Shown piece by piece: positions 14,107-27,353 of a stretch of DNA of 64,000 nt. This DNA is from Octopus vulgaris. Taxonomy: Eukaryota. Made by a program: the position numbers and the translations under genes. The stretch is taken from positions 65,410,001-65,474,000 of the forward strand of contig OX597818.1 of assembly GCA_951406725.2 (NCBI GenBank). Reading direction: 5' to 3'. Position 1 is the stretch's first letter, and the number at the start of each line of letters is the position of its first letter. The notes beneath the pieces are model-generated. The model did not search any database and was not told the origin of the DNA. It was given only the letters and a program-made list of their open reading frames with translations.

Positions 14107-14689
14107 TTAGACAACGGATTGGGGTGGCATTGACAACAAAACATTTGTGGAGTATATTTTAAAGCTTTGCCTATGTATGTAAGTACGTCTGTATATTCGT
14201 ATGCAATCTGAATTAACCAACTGCTGCGATAATTACGAACTGTTAATTGAATGGTAGATCTGTATTTTGGTACACCTCAGATCTATCACCTAATTGTTTT
14301 TTGTCAAGGGTTTCACGTTAAAAATTAAATATTTGTATGTAGTGGTGAATTTAAAATCTTGAAAACATGTTTTTTTTTACATATTCGGAATCTCCGTCGT
14401 CGAAAACATAAGAATGAGCTAAACAAACAAATAAATAAATAAATAAATAAAAATACATACAAAAAAACCTCAGAAGAATCGTATTGGGCAGGGTAATGTT
14501 CAAGAGCCAAAATTTAATCTCCATTGAGTAATGAAAAACCGTCATAGCGAATTTAGTATAGGTGAGTCAGCTTCCCAAACCACTGGGTCATTGCGCCTCC
14601 ACTATGTATGTATATATGTGTGTGTGTGAGTGGATGGCATATAACCTTATTTTTGTTCTATTCTAAAGAAAACTGTCCGCCGAGATGTA

Positions 14690-14960
14690 AGCAGAATACT
14701 ATCATCACGTGTGATGACCAGCTTTGTGATGTAGACATATAGCAACCAGCATCAGCTGTGAAGAAAATAACAATATAAAGGCACCAACAGCGACATATAC
14801 ACATACACACATTTTCTTTCTATGGACTTCACACATTATCCATCAATAAAATTTGATCACAATTCATTGGTCGTCCCGCGGTGAAAGCAGAAGACACTAG
14901 TAGAATTTTCAGTAAAGTGAGACTGAAACCGAAACCACGTAGTTACAAAAGAAGCACGGT
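14690..14960 (-). mobile_element. Old SINE family A copy
   Basis: accagcatc.., tcacaa..ttggtcg..agaagacact..gactgaaaccgaaaccacgt align to 18698-19110. Confidence 0.55.
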
Positions 14961-14994
14961 AAGGCTTGCATGCCTAATTACCTTTTAGGTGGTA

Positions 14995-15410
14995 AATCTC
15001 CAGGTAAACATTGACTGGACGGAAGACGCTTAACTCAGTAAAGGAAGTAGTGCTCAAAAGAACGCGAGATAATGCCATAGACGCCTGTTTCTTCAATAAC
15101 ACCGTACGTCATGCACTCTGATATCCTAGAGAGGCATGGGATGCTATGAAGAGGAGAGGACATGCATTGGCTGCGGTACAAATGACCACGGATTGAACTA
15201 TACTGAGCGAGACATTATTAAAGCTTACTTGCAATTCGCTAATGGGGCGGAGTGATCGAACAGTAGTGAAAGCACTAGATCCGTATGACCAGCCATGTCA
15301 CAAGGGTCAGAGACAATAGATGGAGCCATGTTAGTTGTCCAGTTGTATCCAAGTGAGAGGAAAACTACCACTTGAAAGGCAATGAAGACAACATTAGAAG
15401 TGCATTGTGA
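14995..15410 (+). mobile_element. RTE-clade LINE ORF C-terminal remnant
   Basis: Translates with frameshifts to ..FNNTVRHAL*YPREAW.. and TSHVTRVRDNRWS..VVQLYPSERK, matching the RTE pattern YG.ETW / WAGHV.R..D.RW...W.P...R. Confidence 0.65.
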
Positions 15411-16679
15411 CTAGCGATGTATGACAGCATCTGATGTGTGTCCGATACTGTAATATTGCATCACTCGCACACACGCAGTCACACAGGCATGCAGATGCAC
15501 CCATACGAATACACGCGAGCGTGCGTGTAAGACTGTGCCACAATCATGACATATTCCAACGTCATCCATAGACATCAGTCATTTATTTATTCATCTCTCT
15601 TATTTCCTCCAGCTTCATGCTATTTACCCAACACGCAAGGCTAATAGACATGCCTCTGTTCATCCCTACAAAGTGTATGCGTTCGACGGGCAAAAACCTG
15701 CGAGACCTTTACCTCCAATGGTAAAGCTGAGTTGGGCTTTACTAGATCTGTATACTGCTCGAAACAACGATCCCTTATTCTTGATAAAAATAGTGCATCA
15801 CCGAAAATAAGGGAACCAAAATTGATAATCACATTTTATCTCTCTTCACACATCTTAAACCAGTCTAAATTTATTTTATTAGTTTTATTATTAGCTTATC
15901 ATAAACATAGCGTCTAATTAGTTAAACCATATGTATGAACAGTCGTGGTACAATTATTTTGAATTCGTTTTGGTAGAGCTTTCATAAGTTAGCATTTATC
16001 CTCCTTATATGCTTTACATTTAATATATCTGCTGACTTTGACCTCATTGTGAAAGTCAACTTGTTCCATATCAGTGATAAATTCATTGAAAGCACCTCCG
16101 AATTGTAAATTAAACTTTGTCAAGCAGATTGTCTCCGAACAAATATAAATTCTCTGGTTTTAATTCTGTAATACTTGGTTTACCGGAACTTGTAAGGAGA
16201 TATACATTTTCCGCCGGACAACAATTCTGTTTAACATTTCCGAAATTCAGTCAACGAGACCATGTAAATGTTCAGGTCGTTACATCATAACATAATTTGT
16301 CCATGAATGGAATCGACGTATTTTCTCAAATTTCCTAAGTAAAGTGTTTATTCGCTCATAAATGTGAAATTATTTGTGAGACAGCATTGGTGCAATATGC
16401 ACAAATAGGATACACATCGGTGAAAAAATCAACAACAACAACATAAACACCTACCGATCCCAGGTGGAAGCACGTGAAAAAGTATCTTTCACCAAACAAA
16501 CCCAATAAGAATTTCAAAATTTATTCGATACAAATGTATCTCCCGATAGAAATGGCACCAAATTAGGATCAATAATCCATCTGTATATTATTTCTTGTTA
16601 ATCTATATTTTGTTTCTCAATTCACAGCAATATATTACTTTTTCAGTCGGGCGTTAATTGTTCGTAAAACATACACACA

Positions 16680-16766
<87 letters not shown>

Positions 16767-17003
16767 GGAGAAAGACCAGAGTAAGCGTATAAATGCGAAA
16801 CAAGTTGGAAAAATAGTACTCGAACACCAGGTAGTGTTATTTGCTTTATTAAAAAGCAGCAAAACACTAACGGTCTCTTCAATAACCGGTTGCATGGAAA
16901 AAACCGTTAGTCGAAAGGACCAATGAAACAAAACAATTTTAAATGTGTATCTATCAAACGAATTCCATATTTATGCATATAACCTTATTTTTGTTCTATT
17001 CTA

Positions 17004-17085
<82 letters not shown>

Positions 17086-17099
17086 CTTACATACATACG

Positions 17100-17249
17100 T
17101 ACAATAGTAGAGATGGATGTCAACTTTGTTCTATGGAGACATATGAAATTTTGAAGCATAGGAATAATACAAACTTATTGAATAACCGTTCTGAACTGGG
17201 ATCATCTTGCATACACAGTGCTACCCGTACGTTTAAATATTTTAAATAA
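17100..17249 (+). pseudogene. C-terminal 49 aa of a Penelope-like GIY-YIG endonuclease (Naiad-like CxLC..E..I..LN.RSE..C.H ending)
   Basis: YNSRDGCQLCSMETYEILKHRNNTNLLNNRSELGSSCIHSATRTFKYFK*; the clade assignment is inference. Confidence 0.75.
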
Positions 17250-17896
17250 TAGCTTTCTGACCATTCCTAAATGTTCAAATCCTAATAACTTATAACCAAA
17301 TATAAATTAATTTACCATACTAGCTTTTATTCAACCTGCATAGATTACTTAAACATTTCATTATATATATAAATCAGAATATATGAAATCAGAATTTTTT
17401 TTTATACTTTCTTATATTGGATAGAAAAGATTCCATATATCTCGGGAAATTTTCTTGGTACATCTTGATTACCTCCCCTCCATTACTTTTTGATATATAT
17501 TATTGACTCCTGATATATTCACTTAGTTGATAAAGTGTTTCCCCGCGGGTAGTAAATATTAAGTCTAACATATTATTTTATTTCGACTCATTAATAAAAT
17601 AAATCACCATTTACTAGCTAATTATGATTCTATATTAATGGAAATGGGGATACTTAAATATCTAATACTCACAAATAATTCTATATATCTAGAGAAATTA
17701 TTTAGTTCACTTTGATTTGATTATTTCCCTTCCATAATTTTCTCAATATATCTTATTGACTCCTAATATAGGTATTAAATTAATAAGGTTTTTTTCCACG
17801 ATTATCAAGTATTATGTCTAACATTCTCTTTTAATTCAACTCATTAAAATAATCACCACTTACTAGCTAATTATGATTGTATATTAATAAGTATTG

Positions 17897-17927
<31 letters not shown>

Positions 17928-18449
17928 AATATGAAATGATTTCTGTATTTTTTATCCCTATATTAGATTTCCTATATCAGATAATAATGCTTACTGTATT
18001 CATTGTCTAAATTATATTCACATAAATCTCTTAGTATAGATTCTGGATGTCAAATTGGTAGTAGGCATTAAAACCTCTAGTGCATTTATAGTCTATCTTC
18101 CCCTACCCCTCTAACTTCAACATACTAACTTTTTTCTTAGCGCACTCAAATGTATCTGGGCTGGGTTCATCTGAATAAGAATAGATTAATTGATTTTGAC
18201 ATTTGTTCCACCCCTTCCTATATCTATAAATAGAACAACTCTTTGTTTCCATCCAACGAAAAATCCTCCTCCCTACTGATAGATCTAAATAACAAAGTAT
18301 AATCTACAGTCAGAGAGTAGTTTTAATACAATCATGTTCTTAAGGAGGAAATCATCCTCTCTGTCTGTATATCTACCGTCTTTATAATGTTGGCAAATGA
18401 ATTAGGGATAAGAATGTGCATTGTCCGGTTGTTTGGAAAATTTCTAAAG

Positions 18450-18535
18450 GTGGCTGAAGATTGCTCGACATTTTAAAACTGGTGTAATGCTTACAGAGTT
18501 TAATAAAATGAAGTAGCATGAAACGATCGTACCAC
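18450..18535 (+). ncRNA. Type-I hammerhead ribozyme, canonical core, long stem II
   Basis: gtgg-CTGAAGA-ttgct...agcat-GAAAC gatc GT A-ccac; stem I gtgg/ccac; palindromic stem III ACGATCGT; GUA cleavage triplet. Confidence 0.8.
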
Positions 18536-18697
18536 ATTACCTCGGATATACTTGTTGCTTATTTTGATTGTAATCACCCCGTGGATTTATATGGATAATA
18601 CCATACAAAATTTTGGTGACAAAATTTTGACTTAAGTACCATATTCATCTGAATCTAAATTTTGCCGAACTTATATATATATATATATACATAGGTA

Positions 18698-19110
18698 TCT
18701 TTTACTCTTTTACTCTTTTACTTGTTTCAGTCATTTGACTGCGGCCATGCTGGAGCACCGCCTTTAATCGAACAACTCGACCCCGGGACTTATTCTTTTG
18801 TAAGCCCTGTACTTATTCTATCGGTCTCTTTTGCCGAACCGCTAAGTAACGGGGACATAAACATACCAGCATCGGTTGTCAAGCAATGCTAGGGGGACAA
18901 ACACAGACACACAAACACACATACGCATATATATATATACATATATACGACAGGCTTCTTTCAGTTTCCGTCTACCAAATCCACTCACAAGGCTTTGGTC
19001 GGCCCGAGGCTATAGTAGAAGACACTTGCCCAAGGTGCCACGCAGTGGGACTGAACCCGGAACCATGTGGTTGGTAAGCAAGCTACTTACCACACAGCCA
19101 CTCCTGCGCC
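18698..19110 (-). mobile_element. Full-length tRNA-derived SINE family A (young)
   Basis: Near-identical reverse complement of 48512-48919; head ggcgcaggagtggctgtgtggtaag..ggttcagtccc, CORE-like ccttgggcaagt, (GAGTAAAA)n tail. Confidence 0.92.
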
Positions 19111-19149
19111 ATGTATATATATGTATATGTATACTCGCAGCCTTCTCTC

Positions 19150-19530
19150 TCCCTCACATATACACACACACACGAACAAACACACATATCTACAACGGGC
19201 TCCTTTCAGTTACCATCTACCAAATCCCAAATCCCCTCTGAACTTTTTAGTCCACTCGAGGCAGCAGTAAAAGACACTTGCCCAAGAGATGTTCGCGTGC
19301 GTGCGTGTGTTTGTGTGTATGTATGTGCTTGCCTGTGCATATTCATGTATATTTATGGGTGCCTCTCATTGAGCCCCTGTCACCGTTTCAAAACCACTAT
19401 CTGTGCATTTGTATCCCAGTTTACTTAGCGGTTTGCCAAAAAGGCATGATGCAATAGATAGCAGGTTGAAAAAAAGGAACGATATCTATTCGTTGACCGC
19501 AGTCTTATGAGTGAAACAAATAACGTACAA
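19150..19530. mobile_element. Two SINE family A fragments in opposite orientations
   Basis: aagacacttgcccaag (minus, ~19270) and acttagcggtttgccaaaa..gaccgcagtc..gtgaaacaa (plus, ~19420-19520). Confidence 0.6.
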
Positions 19531-19832
19531 TAGATATACAGACCCTTTAATGAACATAATTTTCGACAAATGTTGTCTACCACCTAAAACCCTATCCTCT
19601 AGCTGGTTACTTTGGCTGGACGCAAATGCGGTCAACTCCATTTTAAAATGCCTACTATTCACTTATATGAATGAAGTGATATAAAATATGTCTGCCAAAG
19701 GACAGGTTAGGAACCACAAAGTTGCTCTTAATATTTGTCACATTCACTGTAAAACTCCGACTTATTACATTTAATATGGAATGTCCTGTAGGAATTCCCA
19801 TCTAAATATGTTCCTTCTCGAGCAATACCTAG

Positions 19833-20092
19833 TTCATAAGGGCCGGTTTCCCGGTTTCATTGACATATACGTTCCCCACCTTGACGAACGCCCGTCCGTT
19901 GCAGGAGATGCAGGAGGAAAGGATGAGAGAAAGTCGTTGTGAAAGAGTCAAAAGTACGCCGTTACCTTCTGCCAGAACGGCGTGAAGCTTAGGTGTTTCG
20001 CTCATAAACACACATATCATCCGGTCTTAGATGTGAACCTGCGATCCCTCAACCGCAAGTTCGCTACTCTAACCACTAGGCCAGGTGCCTCC
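19833..20092 (-). mobile_element. tRNA-derived SINE family C (Meta/V-domain-like 3' part)
   Basis: Reverse complement homologous to 20766-21041 and same orientation as 62158-62430. Confidence 0.85.
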
Positions 20093-20194
20093 GTTTCAAC
20101 ATATAGGTTTTGGTCTTTCAGGGCGAAGTACAGGGGTTTCTTCTCTTACCTTAGTCTAATTGATATCATTTATTTTGTCTTTAAATTTTTTGTC

Positions 20195-20600
20195 ATTTTA
20201 GGAATTAGACTTCGGCCATGCTTGGTCACCGTCTTCCAGAACTTTTATCGACCACAAAGCCTCATATTAATTTTGTATGCCGGACTACCAAGATATCGCC
20301 ACGTAAACACATCAACACCGGTTAAAAATCGATAGCGGACAACAAGCTCAGATACGAAAACAGCCACACACACACACACACACCTCCGTACCCCCATAAT
20401 CCCCACAAACACTGACACACACACAGATAAACGACAATCCTGTTTTGAGTTTCTGTCTACCAAACCCGTTCAGAATGTTTCCGTCTGACCCTGACTATAA
20501 GAAAAGACATTTGCCTAAGGAACGACGCAGTGAGACTCGACATGAGAACATGCACCTGACAAGCAAACTACTAACCTCGCAGCCATACCTGTGCCTACCA
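20195..20600 (-). mobile_element. SINE family A, diverged
   Basis: cggccatgct..caccg.., gtaaacacatcaacaccggtt, agtttctgtctaccaa, aagacatttgcctaagg..acgcagtgagact. Confidence 0.75.
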
Positions 20601-20765
20601 GTTTTTCTATTCTGCTCGTCTGCTGCTCTCTCAGACTTACATTTCAGGCACTGAAATTCTTTAATCCTTAAAGACAATTTTTTGTGAATAAGAATTTGTT
20701 CAAACATCAGTGATGCAATTTGATGAACGTTGAAGGGTGCCATCTCCCCATCCTCTCGTCTCTGT

Positions 20766-21041
20766 GGAGGCACATGGCCGAATGGTTAGAGCAGCGGACT
20801 CACGGTCGAGGGGTCGCGTGTTCGAATCTCAGACCGAGTGATGTGTGTGCTTATGAGCGAAACACCTAAGCTCCACACGGCTACAGCAGAAGGTAACGGC
20901 GAAACTCTGCTGACTCTTTCGCCACAACTTTCTCTCACTCTTTCCTCCTTTATCTAGCAGTTCACCTGCGACGGACTGGAGTCTCGTCCAGGTGGGAAAC
21001 CTATACGCCAATGAAACCGGGAAACCGTCCCTTATGAGCCA
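20766..21041 (+). mobile_element. tRNA-derived SINE family C
   Basis: A-box tggccgaatgg, B-box gttcgaatc; cctgcgacggactgg..gtccagg..gaaaccggg resembles the Meta/V-SINE central domain. Confidence 0.85.
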
Positions 21042-21806
21042 GGAACAAACAACAATCCACTTGTCTCTGCTTTTGCCAAGTTACGATATTCAGTGATTTG
21101 AGCCATACCTGTACCATTTGAAAAGCTGTTTCACTCTGAGCCAATGGAAACCTGGAAGCAGTGGAGAGTAATGTGCAACTCTATTCTACCCCAAACTAAA
21201 TAAGTCTTGACTGTCAGGTGGAATGAAATGTGTTTCGAATGAGAATATATAAAATTGGTTCCAACGAAATATTTTCAAGATCTCGATTAGTATTTATCTC
21301 AGGTGTAAACAGGCTTTACAGGCATTAAAACTTACGCAGAGATCAATAATCGAAAAACGAATGTTGGTAGACGAAATAATTGATGATGAAACAAGTCAGA
21401 TTTGAACATCCTCTGGTTTGAACATTGAATATATAGAAAACTAATTAAAAATAAAAACTAAAGAATAAAAAATTATAAAGAAAAGAGCAAATACAAAATG
21501 TACAACAGTCAAATTTGTGTGACTATGTGCACGCGGATAATATTTCATTCGGATGTCTAAGCTGTGTAGAGACGAGTTAACTATAGAATGAAATCTTCAT
21601 GTGTAATTGTTAACTGCGTAGAAACGCACTCACAACTATATTCACTCACGTATATCTCTACAAGAACAAACGAGGCATATATTTACAGACATCTATGGAT
21701 ATGATTATCTATATACGTATGAATGTATCAGTCTACGTGCACGTATATACATATACACATAAACACACACATATATGTATATATACACACACCTCTGTGA
21801 ATGTAC

Positions 21807-21807
<1 letters not shown>

Positions 21808-21868
<61 letters not shown>

Positions 21869-21916
21869 ATAGAAAGTGGGATCGATAGGTAAGCACATTT
21901 GACTAAATGCAATGTG

Positions 21917-21949
<33 letters not shown>

Positions 21950-21986
21950 AAATATATATATATGTATGAATATATATATATATATG

Positions 21987-22027
<41 letters not shown>

Positions 22028-22054
22028 CTATATCTACATCAATATCTATCTATC

Positions 22055-22134
<80 letters not shown>

Positions 22135-22182
22135 CGTGTGTGTGTGCATATACATTTCTATATGTATGAAGTCATATATAAA

Positions 22183-22230
<48 letters not shown>

Positions 22231-22390
22231 ATATATATGTGTATGTATCGGTACTTGCGCAAATATGTGAATATTTAATATATACGATTTTGTGTGTTTG
22301 TGTACGTGTGTGTAGTGTTTGTATGTGTGACTGTGCGTGTATGTGTATGTGTATATATATATATGCGTGTGTGTGTGTGTGTGTGTGTCA
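21808..22390. repeat. Long compound (TA)n/(TG)n microsatellite tract
   Basis: Directly visible. Confidence 0.95.
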
Positions 22391-23550
22391 TTGCTTACAA
22401 TCGATTTTAACGTTTCGTGATCAACGTATCCAACGCACATCTTGTTGTTCTATATCTCTTTATCAGGTCGTGACCAGAATTGAATGGGAATTCGCAGCGC
22501 ATAATAATAACATTTCCATCTGGTGAATTTGCTAAGGATGTCAAAACTATTCACAATAGAATCTATGTAGGATCATATCAAACGTTAACACATGATTTGC
22601 TGCTATTTAACGCGGTTTTCTTTTAGGTTTTAACATTTTATAGCACTTACTTCCTTTTCCTGTGATTCAGTATGTACGAAAGTAAGTTGCATTATGATAA
22701 AAGTTAGACAATACCGATATAACAACATTTACCACATAAAGCTATGAGTCTGTTTTATTAACATTTATACGACGGCGATTTTTATTCGTTTGGCTACATT
22801 ATTCGTCCATATTCCACATTCAAATGACATTCTCTCTTTATTATCTTATCCACTTTCCCCGTATTTATTTACCTTTACATTTATACCATTAATCTCATTC
22901 ACCCATACACCCCGTGTTTCTATAATAATTCTATCACACTCACTCACTCTCACACGGGGCCCCTTCCTTTCGTTTACTTCTGTTTCTCCCTCTCTTAGTT
23001 TTTCTGTGTGTCACTGAATAGAATACACGTGAGTGTATGTGGGTATAGTTATGTGTGTGTATGTATATTTATAGGGGTCTATCTCTAACCATATCTATGT
23101 ACCGATCTACTCTGTATCTCTCTCTCTCTCTCTCTTTCTCTCTTGCTGTCAACGCACACACACACACCCACACACACACACACACGTCGACGCATGCACA
23201 CAGACACATACATATATTGTATCGTCAACAAATAAATGTACTTCATCTGATACGCTATATGTGATTATCAAATAATATAAATATTACATATACATATGTG
23301 TGTGTGTGTGTATAATATATATATATATATATATGTATATGTGTGTGTGTGTGTGAGTGTGAGTGTGTGTATATCTATGTGTGTTTCTATGTGTGTATGC
23401 GCTCAATGTCTCCTTATTAGCTTTCTCTCTCTGTGTAATGTAAACCACTTGCTTCGTGGCTGTTGCAAAAACCTCTCCATAATTAATGTAGGTCGTCATG
23501 TATTTTGCTTTTACTGTTGTATGCCTTGATACATGTGTACATGATTTATG

Positions 23551-23620
<70 letters not shown>

Positions 23621-23624
23621 CATT

Positions 23625-23800
23625 TACATAGTATAGTCATAAGACTGCGACCAAACTGTGGCATTACACTAAAGAATTGTAGTCGAACGAATCGACCGCA
23701 ATCAGTTTTTATTCTTCAACCGGTTTCTTTTGACGCACCGATAATTTACGGGCATATAGAAAGGAACGAAAGCAAAAACCCATGCACCTACTGAAACCCA
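23625..23800 (-). mobile_element. Old SINE family A 3' fragment
   Basis: agtcataagactgcgacca..gtcgaacgaatcgacc..cggtttcttttg..tacgggcatata. Confidence 0.5.
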
Positions 23801-24237
23801 CACCCGCTCACACACATAAATATGTGTATATATTTATTTACGTATAGACATAATTGTGTCTCTTCTATTTTTTAATTATTATAAATCTTCCACTGAGGAC
23901 GGAGCCGGTTTCCAACACACATACAAGGCTCCATCTTTGGGATTACTGTACTACTCACAGATTGCACTTGTAATGTACGAATCAGCCGGTCGATTTCTCT
24001 GTTTGAAAATCCCAGTCAATCCAGATTCTCCTTTAAGCATTTACTAACAAAACATAGTCCTCCAATTATTATTGCTATACATATGAATTCATAGTCTGGA
24101 TATAGAAGCTGGAGGTTTCGAAGCAGTTCTCCATAGATAATCCTCGTTGTGTTTGATTTTCAGAGATATTTATATCTACAGGGCAGCTGATCTCCACCTT
24201 AAATAATATATGTATTAATTGCACATCGAAAAAAAGA

Positions 24238-24560
24238 GCGGTTAGAATATCAGTCTTATAATCATGAGGAAGTTAGCTCGATTTCCGAAACGGGCTGTGC
24301 GTTGTGTTCTTGAGCAAGACACTTTATTTCACGTTGCTCCAGTTCACTCAGCTGTAGAAATGAGATGCAACATCACTGGTGCCATGCTGTATCGGCCACT
24401 TTACCTCTTCCTTGGACAACATCGGTGGAGTTGAGAGAGAAGGCTGGTATGCATGGGAGACTGTTGGTCTTTTATAAACAACTTTGTCCGAACTTATTTC
24501 CTCGGAGAGTAACTTTCTAGGTTCGATCCGATGGTCATTCTTGACTGATGGAGTTCTTTG
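24238..24560 (+). mobile_element. tRNA-derived SINE family D
   Basis: tRNA-like head (ggttaga..tcgatttcc) followed by gttgtgttcttgagcaagacacttta..ttgctccagttcactcagctg conserved-domain-like body. Confidence 0.7.
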
Positions 24561-25479
24561 TCTTTCCTCACTTTTTATTATTTTACACGCAAAAGGCTTT
24601 GTTAACTTCCCTGAGAAATCTTATCGCTTAAATTAATGTGTTAAAAAACACATCATCCCGGCAGGCTAAATTCTGTTTTCACCTACGTTTGAGACTGTTA
24701 TATCACGTTATTTTGGCATATTTTTTGCCTTCCAGCTAACTGCTCTGCTACATCGGAATTACATCAAACTGGTTTAGGTTAAATGTTACTAAACAGTCAG
24801 TGATATCTCCATTCCAATAAACAATTCTGTAAATTACCAAACTTTGAGCATCACATATTTTACTATCAAGTATTTGACTGGTTCTGTTGTTTCTGTATCG
24901 ACAATTTGTCGTCGATGCACTGAAATATGCGGATTATTACAAACCCATATATTCACCAAAATCCGTGCATGTTCAGAGCTCCTCTCAGAGGAGCATTCAT
25001 CAGTTTATCGACAAATAGTTGGATTCTAACAAAATATATTTGCAAACATCCATTGGAATGTTTCGTCAATAAAAGAAACTTTGGCATCAGACAGTAGTCA
25101 GTAATCACAGCACCAAATTTGTAATATAAAAATCTTATCTTGTCTCAAAGAAATATTTTGCTCCATAATGGAAATATAATGAGTTAAATCGTTGTATTAA
25201 TGTTACTCTTAAGTCAACAATACATTTCATTTCTACAAGTAAATTACAAGTACTTCATCATTAATAATATATTTTTAATTATATTTTAAAATATAATTAA
25301 GTTATCTCCATAATTACGTATGATCGAACATTCACATGTCAATAAACTTTTAATTATGCCATTAAAGATTTGATAATTTACATGTTTGGTTAGACGGTTG
25401 TGTCTGGAGGAAGGAACAGATGCGCTATAATGTGGAGATTCTTTCAGAATAGTGAGTGTTTGTAGTAATGGCCCGATCT

Positions 25480-25800
25480 AAATTTTGCAGGTCCATATCT
25501 ACAGTAATGATACTGATGCGAGAAATGTCTAGAAGTTCGAATGTCCGTAGTGAAGGGAATGATTCCAAAGATTATTGCTGGAATGTGCTAAAACAAACGA
25601 AAGAGGCGAGAATTAGGAATTCTGTGTGTATTCTGTGGGGATTACAGGTATACGGGTTAAGACCTATGACAACAGCCAACTCCATAGAGCAGACACAGTG
25701 TTAGCCGTGCTAGAAAAGACAGAGAATAAATCAACATGCCTGTGTGCTAGATGCTGGAGTGTGCTTCATATTCAGTTAATGCATATCGGACTTAATAATC
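25480..25800 (+). mobile_element. Possible R4/Dong-type LINE C-terminal remnant
   Basis: Frames give CILWGLQV / HRADTVLAVLEK..C, loosely like ILWDF.IQTD..HRRPDIV..K...C. Confidence 0.3.
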
Positions 25801-26801
25801 GTTCTCTCCTTGCAATCAAAGGTGTCTTAACTCCTAGCAGCATCACCGTTTCAGATATGGAGACAGACACTCTCTTGGGCAGCAGTAAGTTTTATAAAGA
25901 ACAAGTATATATCTGTGTGTGGAGTCGGGAACCATGCTGAAATATGTTCAGTACTGAAATGAATTGGAATGAAAGATACGTTTTGACCAACAGAGATCCT
26001 CGGACATTGTGAAATAAAGCATTTGAAGGTTTATCGAGCACCTCACATACTTAAATTCCCTTTGATGCATTGTTGTCTCTGACTTATTATCGATATAGAC
26101 TCTTAAAGACGGATGAAGAACAGCAGAGAATAATTGGAACCAAATAGTATCCGTTGCTTGCGTTAAGATTCTAGTTCTGATTGTTAGCATTACATACTGA
26201 TATGAGTTAAAGAAATTTCGACATACACACACAAATGCATACACACACACACACACACATGAACACATCTATACATATACATAGATGTGTAAGAAAGTGG
26301 AAACATTTATAAACACACACACACAGAATAATATCACATACATACGCTAGACCATATATAGCGCAATATATCGAATCATAGGATTATGTGTCCATAGCGG
26401 AAAGCACCAGGGAATACGGAATACGGCTAGTAAATCATATACAAAATAAATAGAAACAAGTATAATGAAGATTTCTTAGCAGTGGAAATGCAGGACATCC
26501 GATCAATGCAGTTATCTCATAAAGAGCATACAAAACATAAAACAAGAGTTACGAGAGAAGGCTATATTTATTCAACCATTTATCGTTATTATCGTTACAG
26601 CCGTTTCGCAGGCAGCAAAACAGCAGTAATCCCAAGAATTATTAGTAGTTAGAGAAATATATTATTGTCTCATAACTCGTGATACTTTATCGTTTAGGTA
26701 AGTATGTTTGTATATATGTATGTATATAAAAATTTACGTACATATGCATGTCTGGATGTTCGTATGTATGTATCTATCTATATATATACATGTACATACA
26801 C

Positions 26802-26911
<110 letters not shown>

Positions 26912-26912
26912 G

Positions 26913-26954
<42 letters not shown>

Positions 26955-26959
<5 letters not shown>

Positions 26960-27240
26960 GATACAGGATTTTTTTTTTTTCGCGAAAAAATTTTATCAAT
27001 AGCCAGCATATCAAAAAATGCCTTTAAAGGTGAAATTTATACATAATTTACAAGATAAGGGCAGAAGAAAAATTCTAATGCTAGATATGCCGAAACAAAA
27101 ATTTGTCGATAACCATTAAATTTATATGTCTCGAAACAAACCGATAGAAATCTCTGAAAGATTCGTTATTACCTTATTGGTCCAATTTCGGGGTTAATTC
27201 ACAAGAAAATTTCCCCTCTTCAGCGGCACATACGCGAGAT
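26955..27240 (-). mobile_element. Penelope-like terminus with hammerhead; 3' end at (TA)n
   Basis: Starts directly after the (TA)n tract; carries hammerhead 27171-27227. Confidence 0.6.
27171..27227 (-). ncRNA. Type-I hammerhead ribozyme, canonical core, weak stem I
   Basis: gccg-CTGAAGA-gggg...cccc-GAAA ttggaccaa T A-aggt. Confidence 0.65.
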
Positions 27241-27276
27241 ATAAATGAAATACTTATTCATACCCCGTGAATAAGA

Positions 27277-27321
27277 ATATTCTCTGACGCACAAAAACGC
27301 ATTTGGCCCACAAACAAATAG

Positions 27322-27353
<32 letters not shown>

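Larger units (their letters stand above)
17095..18672 (+). mobile_element. 5'-truncated Penelope-like element (GIY-YIG C-terminus, long 3' region, hammerhead) inserted in (TA)n
   Basis: Coding fragment 17100-17249, hammerhead 18450-18535, (TA)n on both sides. Confidence 0.75.

Noticed and set aside
23893-23932. CTGAGGA followed by a ggagcc/ggctcc stem
   Set aside because: No GAAA after the stem, so not a hammerhead.
26590-26610. GAAAC ggct GTA half-motif on minus
   Set aside because: No CUGANGA partner nearby; counted only as a possible truncated half.
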